Shown here piece after piece: positions 24,950 through 35,974 of a stretch of DNA of 64,000 nt. The DNA is taken from assembly GCA_010405405.1 (NCBI GenBank), contig MU004230.1, forward strand, positions 2,824,627-2,888,626, in the 5' to 3' direction. Position numbers and translations under genes: made by a program. The notes below the pieces were generated by a model. That model was not told where the DNA came from. It searched no databases and saw only the letters and a list, made by a program, of their open reading frames with translations. The first letter of the stretch is position 1. Every line of letters starts with the position of its first letter. This stretch comes from Microthyrium microscopicum (Eukaryota).

Positions 24950-27460
24950 AAAAATACTATTATTTAAAGCGCAGATTTTATTGCTTTTACCTATGTTGTG
25001 ATAGGAATATTAGTATTGAATTAAATATAGGCAAATAGGCAAACATCTACTACAATTCCATTTGCGATTCTTGCGTCTCTCGCTATGACACCGTCACGTA
25101 ATCTAGGACGTCCTCTAGCGCCTATTAAGTGTCTTAAATAGGATCTTTAACTATAACTATATCTTCATTAACGTCTTTAGCGATTATAATATTTGAGGCA
25201 AACCGTTTAAAGAATAGATTATCTAGTTCGTCTTCTTCTACCGCATCTAGGGTATACTACGTTCTTAGCTTAAATAGCATTCCTATATAGTAGACGCATA
25301 GTAAAGTAGAGCCTAGTTTATTGAGCTTTAGCCCGTTTATAAAGCTAAAAATAAGCTTGTTGCAATGATCTTACGAGAGGTTAGTCCTTTAAGGATTCTA
25401 CACCCAATTGACTACTAAAAATGCTCTTTCTAATGGCACAGAGTTGGCGGTTGTTTCAAATAACCTAATAGCGATCTTTGTAAGCTCTGGCGCTACAAAA
25501 CGAACTAATTCCCAGAAGTTTAGTAGTTCTTTATGCTTCTAAGGACTACTAGCGCCGTTAGATGTTAAGAAGTAGCTCTATTAATTCCTAAACGCGCAGA
25601 ATTAGATCACAACGCCAGAGAAGAGCTTTTTAGCTTCCTTCTTTACCTTATCTAAAGCTAAAGATAAAGCGGCGAGTCTAGATTTAATAGCAGCAATAGC
25701 AGCGTTAAAGTATTTGAGGGAGAGATCTTTACTAATGATGTTTAGATCCAACGCGTATGCTAGATAGTTATCATTAGTAACCTATTGTTTTAAACGTGCG
25801 TCAAGATATTAAATAAGAGAGGCCTAAATCTACTCTACCCCCTTTATCTTAGGGTATAATCTAGCGATTTTAGACTACTCCGCTTTAATCACCATTTAGC
25901 CTTTAATTATACGACCTAAATAATATTATAGAGACTCTAAAGCTTTCTAAGCAATGTAAATAGGCTCCAAGATATAAGAGAAGAATCGAACCTTAGCCCA
26001 GAATTTAGGGCTCTTCATTCAATTAAAAATAATGCTATTTAAAGCCCTAGCAGCCACCGTAGATCCTAGAACTCTAATAGTTTGAGCAAAGGTCTCTAGA
26101 GCTAATTAGCTACGTAGAACAGAAGTAACAAGGCCAAATTATATTCCCTAGCGTGTAATAATTGATAAACTGAAGGCGTATGATCTTTTGAGCTTTTAGC
26201 GTTGAATAGTGCGAAGTTGAGCGAAGTAGAGGTCCCTAGTCTTGAACTAAACAGCAAGCTCTTGGATATCTAATAGAATAGCTTCTAGAGCAGGGATTTT
26301 GGTTAGAATATCCTTTATTAGAAGCTAAAGACCGTAAGAGTCACATAGGATAAAAGAGTAGTGTTTAAGGATTCCATCGTTATACTTTTTGAGCAATTCT
26401 ATAGTAGAACACATAACTACGCACGTGTTAAAGCTAATGGAGTTGACGCGGGTAAGATCTCCTATAGTCCAACAAATAAGCCATTCTACTATGAGATTAG
26501 CTAGAAATACTGCATTGGCGTTAGCTCCTTTAAGATTGATATTCTCCAAGAAGAAGGCACCTAAACTAGGAATTACGACGCTAAAGTTGGCAATGCAGCG
26601 ACCTGCTTGATCTAAGCTCTCGTCTATGCAGAAGTTAAGGTAAGGTTACTGATTAAGTAGTAATTCAAGCTTTAGAAGATCTTGCTAATAAACCTATTCT
26701 ACAAGGGGAAACATTTGCGTTCTTCCTAGTGCTAAGTAGTAAGGAATACCTGCTAAACTAGCTAAGATTCTTTTATTATTCTAGGTAGTAGGGTGTAAGT
26801 ATTAATTAAATATATTTAGTGGTAGGCCCTCTTGAACGACTCGCTTTGCACAACGCAGGTCCTATTCTAGGCCACGATTTATGTACAGAATTGGCGTAGA
26901 TGTTGGATTTGGCTGGGACACGCGTTGGACAGGTTGAATTCAACCTTTAGCGATACTGTAGGCTTCTATTCGACCTAAGTGCTTAGAGTAGGATTTGGAG
27001 CAGTATTTACAATGGTAACGAGTAGGAAGAGAATCACTAATACGTACCTAATTAAATAGGATAGCTTAACGTCAATGCTATGATCTAGGAAGAAATTAAG
27101 GCATTTTTAGTAAAGAAACGGTATAGTAACAGTTGGCAAAAGATAGATATTCTAGAGGTAGACCGCCATAGCAAATAGTAAGCGAATTGTAAATTTTTAT
27201 TCACTAGACTAAAGAGCAAGAAAAGAGGAACAAGCTAATATAATTTTCATATATTTATTAGCTTTTTTGGTTATATTGGTAGAGATTAAAAACTATCATA
27301 TTTATTAATAGTTGATGTTAGTTGTGGTGGTTAATAATATAAGGAGCTAAGTGCCAGCTACTAAGTAACAGATCAACGCTAATAGTTCCAAAGCTGAATA
27401 TTCTATAGAATATTACCCTTTTAGGCTTAGTGCTGCTAGCGTATTGTTAAAACACTAATT
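24950..27460 (-). mobile_element. RIP-inactivated hAT-superfamily DNA transposon (BED finger, DUF659/RNase H-like domain, dimerisation domain); ends approximate
   Basis: AT/TpA-rich island. The minus-strand reading from ATG 27104 gives MP*FLPRS*H*R*..RYHCKYCSKSYSKH (BED-like), LNFCIDESLDQAGRCIANF, CDSYGL*LLIKDILT, ITR*G (TRWG) and ANSVPLERAF (hATC). Stops fall where CAA/CAG/TGG are expected. Confidence 0.85.
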
Positions 27461-28316
27461 AGATGCAGTCCTACCAAAAGGTAGAGAGTAGTACACCGTA
27501 ATTATCGAGTAGGACTAATGCAAATGTCATACCTCCAAAAGGGCGTCTTACGTGCATCCCTACCCATATCGCGATCTTCGCTTGAAATGAGGCTAGGATA
27601 TGGACAGGCGAGAGCGGGCAATATCTTGACATTGTGAAACTGCTTGATTGCTCTTCAAGGATGTATTTACCAAGCTTTGTAAGATTCTTCTGGTCTTCGA
27701 CATTCTTTCTCGAAAAAGATGGTGGAGATGTTGTAGCACTTTCCCATGGGCCATACAGTATGTAGCGTAATATCTCCATCCATGTAGTTGTCTCCGATCC
27801 CCTGCATGTACGCCTCAACTCCCCTTCTCTCTACCTCCTCTAGTCACGCTACCATTATCACCAAAATAGCACAGTTTCAGGCTCTCCTAGATCTCTAGAG
27901 CTACATAAACTAAATGACTAGTCAACATCCCGCCCTTTACCGTAGGAACCACTCTTTCTATCTACCTTAGCCGCCGTACAAGCAGAATCCTGGGATCCAA
28001 TGCTCGGCAACTAGACTAGCTTGCGTTAATCGGTCGGTAAAAAGAAAGGCGTGCGGTGACTTCTCTGTCTTGGAGGCCTTTGTTTGAGTTGATCTTGCAT
28101 TCTGCTTTTTTAACGTTGTGCCTGCTTCTTGCTCTTGACTTCTTCTGTCCTTCCTGATTTATTGCCCGGTGACTGCTTTGATTGCTGCATCGTGTTTCAG
28201 CTTTTTTATTACCTTCCCTCTGCGAGTTTCGCTCCGCCATATCTTGGAAGATATTGTATCCAGCTTTGCTATAAGATAGCGCTGCGGTCTCGCTTCTCCT
28301 ATATCATATCGCTGCA

Positions 28317-29691
28317 ATGGGCGACACAAAGCCAAAACCTACCGCGGACAGTAAACCTGCAGTATTGATCATAGGCGGCCTTGGTAAGATCATCTTCTAC
28401 TTCCCAAAATCGCCCAGTAATTGCGATCAGAGCTAATCCTCTTCCTCAGGCTATGTCGGTCGCTTTCTCGCACTTCACATCCACAAGAACAACTTGGCCT
28501 CTGAACTCCGTCTAGTCGACAAACAACTCCCCGAACTAGCATGGCTCGCCCCCGAATTCGCAGAAGCCTGCTCCCGCGAAAACTACGTCCAAGCAGACGC
28601 AAGTAGAGAACGTATGTGCTCCCCATCACCACTCTGACCCCTCAAATCCACCAGATTCCCAAACTAACTTGATCCCAGAACATCTTCCCCGCATATTCGA
28701 CCGCGCCAACAACCAACAATTCGACTACATCTTCAACTGCGGCGGCGAAACCCGCTACAGCCAAGAAGATGAAGTCTACCGCGCGCGCTCCCACGCCCTC
28801 AGCCTTGCTCTCGGCGGTGAAGCAGCGCGTCGAAAAATCCGCGCCTTTATTGAAGTTTCTACTGGCATGGTGTACAAATCCGACTCGAATCCACGGTCTG
28901 AGACTGCGAAGTTGAAACCATGGAGTCGGTTGGCAAAGTGGAAGTTGCAGGCGGAGGAAGATTTGGCGAAGATGGATGGGCTAAACTTGGCGGTGGCGAG
29001 ATTAGCGCATGTATACGGGCCTTATACGAGCAAGTTTTTGGCGACGGCGCTGTGTTTGGCAAGAGTGTACCAGAGCGAGGAGAGGGAGATGAAGTGGCTG
29101 TGGACGAGAGAATTGCGGACGAATACGGTGCATGTGGAGGACGTGGCGGAGGCGATGTGGGCTTTTGCGGAGTGGTATGTGCGGACGCCGGAGGGGAAGA
29201 GGGAGAAGGTGCCGGTGTTTAATGTGGTGGATCAGGGAAATACTTGTGAGTTCGTTGTAGGTAGGACTAATGGGTGAGTGCTAACGGAGTGCGTAGCGCA
29301 AGGGACCATTGCGAGTATCATACATGATATCTTCGGCATAGCGACGACATTTCAAGGGACGCTGATATCGCAGTTTGCCAAACTACATCTCGATTCTGTG
29401 GTGGACGATCTTAATGATGAGGTACTGGATCCTTGGGCGGAATTGCAGCAGCAGGCGGGAACGAAACAGAATACGCCGTTAAGTCCATTCACAGAGAAAG
29501 AGTTATTGAAAGATACGGATCTGAGTATGGATGGGAGTGCTTTCATGAAGGAGCTTGGGTTTCAGTATGTAGAGTTCCCCATCCTGAAAACTCAGACTAA
29601 CGTTTCCTACAGATACAAGCATCCAAAACTCACAAAGGAAGAAGTCGAAGCTGTAATAGAAAGCTACAAGAAGATGAACTGGTGGCCATGA
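28317..29691 (+). CDS. NAD-dependent epimerase/dehydratase family (extended/atypical SDR)
   Basis: VLIIGGLG/YVGRFLA Rossmann motif across intron 28384-28450, FDYIFNCGGETRY, RLAHVYGPY, TVHVEDVA and C-terminal SYKKMNWWP. Further introns at about 28612-28678 and 29246-29296, and probably near 29566-29612. Confidence 0.85.
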
Positions 29692-30093
29692 AACTCAGAA
29701 ATCAACAATATATAACCAAAATTTCAGCATGTCTCCTCAGACACAGCGTGTCTGCGTGTGTATACATTTACATTCACATACTAAGCATTATATAGGCAAC
29801 GGGTTTTCGAATATGTCATTATTAATGATAGTTTAACCAGACATAGATATCAAAATATAATCCATTTAGCGATACAAAGACTGTAGAAATATCCAGCTAT
29901 CTGACGACCAACGAATCCCTAATCGACCATATATGGACAGCAGCAATGGTCTGAATGACAAACGATTCATCCACTTGCTCGGCCGTGTCCGATCTCTGAT
30001 CACCTCAATCCTAAATCCTGTCAGTCAGTCCCCTATGTGATATCGTGCACAGCAGCCTCACTCAGTAACCTCCCATCCCTAGCACCATTTCTT

Positions 30094-30387
30094 CTACTTC
30101 AGATGATATCCATGACTATCAAACCAGTCATTGGTACACGTGAGGCACGAAACCTGAACTTTACCCGTTCCACCACACTTTCTACAAGCAGCCTCTTGGA
30201 CAAAAGTCCAGCTGCTTCCCTGGCACCGTGTACACGAAGACTGTGCGTTGCCAGCGCATCCAAGTGGGCAAGGAATATAGTGTGCAGCTATTTTGCCTCT
30301 GCCGAAGCATTTATCGCATTCTGCGAGTCTGTATTCTTTGCCCTGACAATACTCGCAGTTTGGATTCCATTGATCTGATCGCGTCAT
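30094..30387 (-). CDS. Stand-alone DnaJ-type (CxxCxGxG) zinc-finger microprotein, 97 aa
   Basis: Six Cys pairs: CEYCQG, CDKCFGRG, CPLGC, CTRCQG, CRKCGGTG, CLTC. Start context is aatATG. No J-domain or signal peptide. Confidence 0.7.
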   Translation of the reverse strand: MTRSDQWNPNCEYCQGKEYRLAECDKCFGRGKIAAHYIPCPLGCAGNAQSSCTRCQGSSWTFVQEAACRKCGGTGKVQVSCLTCTNDWFDSHGYHLK

Positions 30388-31024
30388 ATTGTGTTTAGAG
30401 TGTGTGATTTGGGGTAGCTGGGCTGAGCTATGGGGGGATTAGTTGGTATGAAGATCAATGGATTAAGGGATGCTAACAGACTGACTGATTGGTATAGTTT
30501 GAGGCGGTGCTGAGATCTGATGAAGGCTGGACTTGCTTCAGATAATAGAAACGGGCGGTATCAAGGTTGACATAGGCTGGCTTTAGAATGCCCAGATATA
30601 TACTGCTTGGCTTTCCTGGGATTGGAATCTCGCAGAAATGCTGGCAGGACATGCCTTTTTTGGTCCTCCCCGCTCAGCCTGATGGACTCTACAGTTGGCT
30701 ACCCAATGAAATGGCTAAGACCTGGCTTCGTACCCACGATATAATTCATGGAAGTGATTTAGACCTTCTGAAAATATAGTTCCTACTCGTCGTTAGTTAA
30801 ACAGGCTCAGAGCCTGCAGTCAAGAATCCAAGGCCCAAAACGCCATCTTTGGATCATCACGCGACGTGCATATCGTGGCGTTTGAGCAACCACCAACACC
30901 CTCTTATCTAAGTATTTACCCCCCTCATTCAGCCGAAAAGACACCTCTGACCAGCGTGATGATGAACCACAGGGTGAACACCATTATCAGATCCGCGACC
31001 CGGTATTCTAAATCAGAATAAATT

Positions 31025-33667
31025 ATGGTCGAATTAGCAACCTCACACAATGCCCCGTTGCGACGAAGACGCTCGTCTTTAAGCGATGGCAACGATGGAC
31101 TCACCAGCCCGTCGAAACGACGGCGCGCTCTCGATGGTGACGGGGATGGAATCGTTGCCAAATCTCACTGCCCCGACTCGCAAGTCGGTAGAATCGATGC
31201 TTCTGAAGAGCAAGGAGGATCTAAGGGGCCTGAGGACTTCGACGATTCCATTGAATCAAGAATGTCTCTGGCAAGAGATATACTCCAAGCCTACTTCGAC
31301 TTTGACGACTTCAAATCCGAGCAGGAAAGTAAGAGATTCCCGTGCCAAATCGCATTTCTTAACGACCTCCGATCAAACCGAAACAACCATACCTCTCATC
31401 CCTTTAATGACTACATTAGAATGCGATGGGAGTTGATTCCACCACAAAAAGACCAATTGGTCTTTCCGGCGTGTTAGCTCCAATCATCATCTTGTACTAA
31501 AGAATTCTAGGTGTGATCAAAACACTTCTCTCCGGCGAGAACAGCCTTGCCATCCTGCCTACTAATGCCGGAAAGTCGCTATGTTATCAGCTACCTGCAC
31601 TGTGCTTCGAGGAACTCGACAAGAAATATGGAGGCAACAAAGAGGGCAAACACGGCATAACGCTGGTGATTAGTCCGCTGATATCCCTGATGTCTGACCA
31701 GGTCGCCCGCGCTCCAGAAGAAGAATATCGCCGCAGACGCGATCAACACTTCCAAGTCGGCCGGCGAGGTGAGGACTATATTAAAATCTCTTGCCGAAGG
31801 GAAGCTGAAAATATTGTTCTGTGCCCCTGAGAAGTTCATGAGTAAGCCCTTTGTGCAAGCTATATCGGCAGTTCCTGGCGGCGTTCGCCTGTTGGCTGTT
31901 GATGAGGCGCATTGTATCTCAGAGGTAGCCTACTTTAGGATTTTTGGTTTAGTGTGATACTGATAGACTCGTGTAGTGGGGATACAGCTTTCGCCCGGAA
32001 TACTTACGAGTCTCTCAATTTAGCAGAGGTATCAAAGCCCAACAGGTAGTCTGCCTGACCGCTACAGGTACGCCTAGTCCTTTTTAAGATCTAGCCATGA
32101 CTGATTTCAACCATTGAAAAGCCACAGAACAAGTCGCCGAAGATATCGCCACATCGTTCAACATCAAGCCAGCCGGTATATTCAAGCAAAGCCTCTATCG
32201 GCCCAAGTAAGCTCTTCATCTACTCGGAATTATGTTTTGCTGACCTTGAAGCTTAATATTGGATGCGAAAGCTACTACCAATGATTACACCAAACTTGGG
32301 CACGTAGAAAATTTCCTAAGAACTCATCCCGGTCAGACTGTCATTTTCGTCCAGTTCAAGTCGGTGCGTACTCTCTAAAACTTGCCAGTCGGTTCGGGAG
32401 ACACCGTAGTTGATGGGAGGGCGCCATTTATTTTGTCGATGATTGACTTGCATGTCGCAAATGCTAATAGCAACCAGACGACAGTTGATCTACCAAGAGA
32501 GATCCGAAGTCGGCTTGGTGACTTTGTAGCAACAGAAGGCTACAGCGGCGGCTTAAATATGAAGAAAAGAAAGGAAGTAGAAGAGCGATTCATGAACGGG
32601 GAAATCAGAGTGGTGAGTACATTGTCATGTTTTCATGAGTGCACTAACCTGGTAGCTCGTCGCAACTCTCGCTTATGGCATGGGAATCGACAAAAAGGAC
32701 ATCAGGAACGTGATTCATTACAACGCTGCGCGCAATCTCGAGGAATATAGCCAGCAAATTGGCAGGGCTGGTAGAGACGGCCTTCCCAGTAAGTGCTTGC
32801 TGCTCTATGATGATCGGGACATCGCAACGCACAAAGTAAGGCTCTCCAGAAACCTCAGGGCAGCGAAGACCTAACCTTAGAATTATCAGAAATATGCAAC
32901 AACTGCTATACCCGCGCAAGGAGTGATTGAAATCTGCCTAAAGCACTTCTTTAACGGCGCCAATCAACCAGAGATCGGGGTAGGCGACACCTTCGAGGTC
33001 GACCACGCTAAAGTCATGAAAGCGTGTCGCTTGGATGATGAAATTGTTCAGATAATTTATGCCATCTGCGAAAAGAAGTTCCGTAAGTGCTCATATGTTC
33101 GAGATTCACGTCTATACGCTGACCTCAAGCTTTAAAGAGCTCTTCGAATTGCGCTCAAAGCAAGAAAGGGAAGTTCGACTCCGTCTTCCTATGACGCGCG
33201 GTGCATCAACGCTTAATGACTTGAAGAAATATGCCCAGTCTGACACGTCCGCTACTGGAAAAGCACTCAATTTTGTCATAAGCCAGTCTCAAGGACCTAC
33301 CATCCCCATCCACATCATCGATTTAGCCACAAAGTCTGGTCTTGAGCACGATGCCCTAGTAGCCAAAGTTATCGACTACTTCCACGAAGGGCTCATTGCG
33401 TGGCCGGAGTTTGAGGTTGTCTATACCGTCAAGCTACTGCAGCCCGCTCCGACAGCTGTCGAGCAGCTGAAGCTTAGTAGACAGCTGTTCGATGATCTTG
33501 ATAGAAATGGGCCGCTTTCGAGGGAGCGAATCAAAAAGCTCGATGCACTTTTTCAAGGGCATGAGTGCTTTGCTGCGGCGTTAACGCGATACTTTGGGAT
33601 GGGTTTGCCAAACGGGCTGACTCAGTGCGATCAGTGTACTTGGTGTACAACTCGTAAGGCATTGTAA
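31025..33667 (+). pseudogene. RecQ-family DNA helicase (short form, no HRDC domain) with an apparent 1-nt frameshift
   Basis: [85 protein letters not shown] and RQC Zn ligands (CFAAALTRYFG..CDQCTWC). About 9 introns. An extra C in the run at 31706-31708 breaks the frame with no intron available. Confidence 0.78.
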
Positions 33668-34152
33668 GTCCGATGACTTCTTTCAGTGATGACTCCCACG
33701 ATTGGAAAGCCCTGTTCCGACATGATCACCTTGGCTTAACAACATTCACAACCTTGGTCAAATTGGGCGACCTAAGAAGCATATCAAGCATATCTACCTA
33801 CCTAAGCCTGGAAGAGGAAGTCTTGTCAGGTTTACCCATGTAGGCACAATGTGAGTGTCATGTGCAATCGCAAAGCGCAGTGTATGTTCGACATCGCACT
33901 CCATGGGAGGAGTCTAATTATTGGTCTACCTCAGAGATGTTTCAGATCAGGCACAACATCCAGCTCTGCATTAGTGGTGGTAAATACTACTGGAAGAGAA
34001 ATACATAACATGTTGAACATTTGTTTGTGACATCCACATTGTCACGCGCTGGACAAGTGCGATGCGAAACTGAATTGTCAGCCTTATACGCACATTGACA
34101 GCTTAAGCAGACAGAATCCTAGACCATGGATCATGCTGGGCCTCAATAGGGA

Positions 34153-34425
34153 TCATTTTCTGGAAGATCCCACTGGCTTTTCCGGGCGACAGCATTCAAA
34201 ACGCCAGGCTCCTGAGCCATTACATTCCCGACACTTGATCCACTTGTGTACCTTTTTGGCGCCATGGCATATTCGGCATTTTTGGATGTTCATACATCCC
34301 GAACATTTACAGAAATCGACTCCCCATCCACCCATACCATCACATCCCCCACAGCCATTTGGGTGCTCAACAAACCCTCGGTCCGAGCACCTGTGTTCGG
34401 GACAGCGACGGCGCTTGTTTGGCAT
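34153..34425 (-). CDS. Second stand-alone DnaJ-type zinc-finger microprotein, 90 aa
   Basis: 13 Cys including CGGCDGMG, CKCSGC, CRICHG and CRECNGSG. Start context is aacATG, with TATATAAATAA on the minus strand about 140 bp upstream (34565-34578). Confidence 0.65.
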   Translation of the reverse strand: MPNKRRRCPEHRCSDRGFVEHPNGCGGCDGMGGWGVDFCKCSGCMNIQKCRICHGAKKVHKWIKCRECNGSGAWRFECCRPEKPVGSSRK

Positions 34426-35390
34426 GTTATTGCGAGATGAAGACTTTTAGACTAAAGTTAGCGTTGAAGGAATTGGTCGCAGTGACTGACAAAGAAGCGC
34501 GAACTGAATTGTGATGATGCAAGTAGCAAGAGCTTAGTTCCAGGATTTATAATGGCTATTCGCCTTATTTATATATAGTAGTCTTCATGGTCAATAGCTC
34601 ACATCTCTTCGTTCGCTTTACAGTATTAGACGTGTGATATGAAATCCTCAAATGAAGAGACAGTGTTAACACACTAGCGCAAATAGCAACACAAGAAGTA
34701 TGGCAAAACAATCGATATGGTGTTGAATTCTCACTGAACACGCCAGGGTGAGAAGTGCCAGCTCCATACTGAGTCCCAACCTGACACGAATATGACTGAG
34801 ACAAGCTCGGTAAAGTATACTTCCGATGAAGTCAAAAATATCGCAAGTTCATCACGCTCGATGGCTACCACCACATGTGATTGGAATTGAGTGCTATGAA
34901 GCCCATCGAATGCGCCGGGTGTTTGACGGTTTCTATTTAACAGATATCAAATGGTCTTCTTGATCGTGTTGGCTCTGTTTTCGATCTACTGGTGGTTGTA
35001 AAGGGGGGAAGAGTCGAGATGAAGCATTTTAGACCTGTTGAATACGATTGATTTAATGCACTGCAAATCAAAAAAAAAGTATTTGGCGATGATTGGCATT
35101 AACCGTCAAGGCCCAGGAGGCGATCAGCAGGTGAATGGACGACCACTGAAGCACCGAAAAAGGAGGTAGGTAGAGCAACTACGGAAGCGCATTGCGGCCT
35201 ACCCAGCAACATCAAAGAAAACCAAAAACCAAAAAACTATCACGCTGTAGACCTATACAAAAAGCACTCTTATGCCCTCGTTTTATGACTTTTGTTATAT
35301 ATTTATATATTGTTAGAAAGCATAAAATAAGGGCAATCTTTTGGCTTCCTTAAAAATTAAATTGAAGCATTGTGGGTTATCATACTTAAC

Positions 35391-35435
35391 AATGATTGAG
35401 CCATAAAATAGAAATCATTTTTTGGCTCAATCATT
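35391..35435. repeat. 19-bp inverted repeat (hairpin) in an AT-rich intergenic island
   Basis: AATGATTGAGCCATAAAAT (35391-35409) pairs with ATTTTTTGGCTCAATCATT (35417-35435), with one mismatch and a 7-nt loop. Confidence 0.8.
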
Positions 35436-35974
35436 ATTGACAAGTGAAAGTAAGAAAGATTATTCCCGCTAAGTTAGTGGAGCACCCACTAAACTAGTGA
35501 CTCCACCACTAAATCCTTGCCACGTTCCTATCTTAGCGACTACCTTACTAATTTAGCGACGTTCTCGCTAAACCATCAACCCGTAAAGAATAGAATTTTA
35601 ATTTCATTGGTTCAGAAGAAAGCTCTTAATTTACGCTTTATAAAGCTATCTCAAGATATTCTTGAAACCATCAAATGGGGGTGCAAAACGCCCATGAAGT
35701 GCCAAAATATGCATTTTTGGATGTTGGAATTTGGGGATTCTCTGATGTTGCCGGGTAGGCCGCAATGCGCTTCCGTAAGCAACCCCTGACTCCTGAGTTT
35801 TTAACAACAACTTAATCGATGGTCAGGTGACCCGAGGTTCTTTCGAATGATCTAGATATAATTCCGGAAGGTACAACTTTTGATCATCTAACTTGCCACT
35901 TCTTAATCACCACCTGCGTACCTCTTATCGCCTAGCTCTTTCAATACTACGATATTCCAACAATTCAAGAAAAT

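Noticed and set aside
24900..27470. Candidate TIRs and 8-bp TSD for the hAT element (CCACCAC/GTGGTGG; TAGTATTG/AAAACACTA)
   Set aside because: Matches are only 6-7 nt and the flanking 8-mers do not agree, so the ends cannot be defined.
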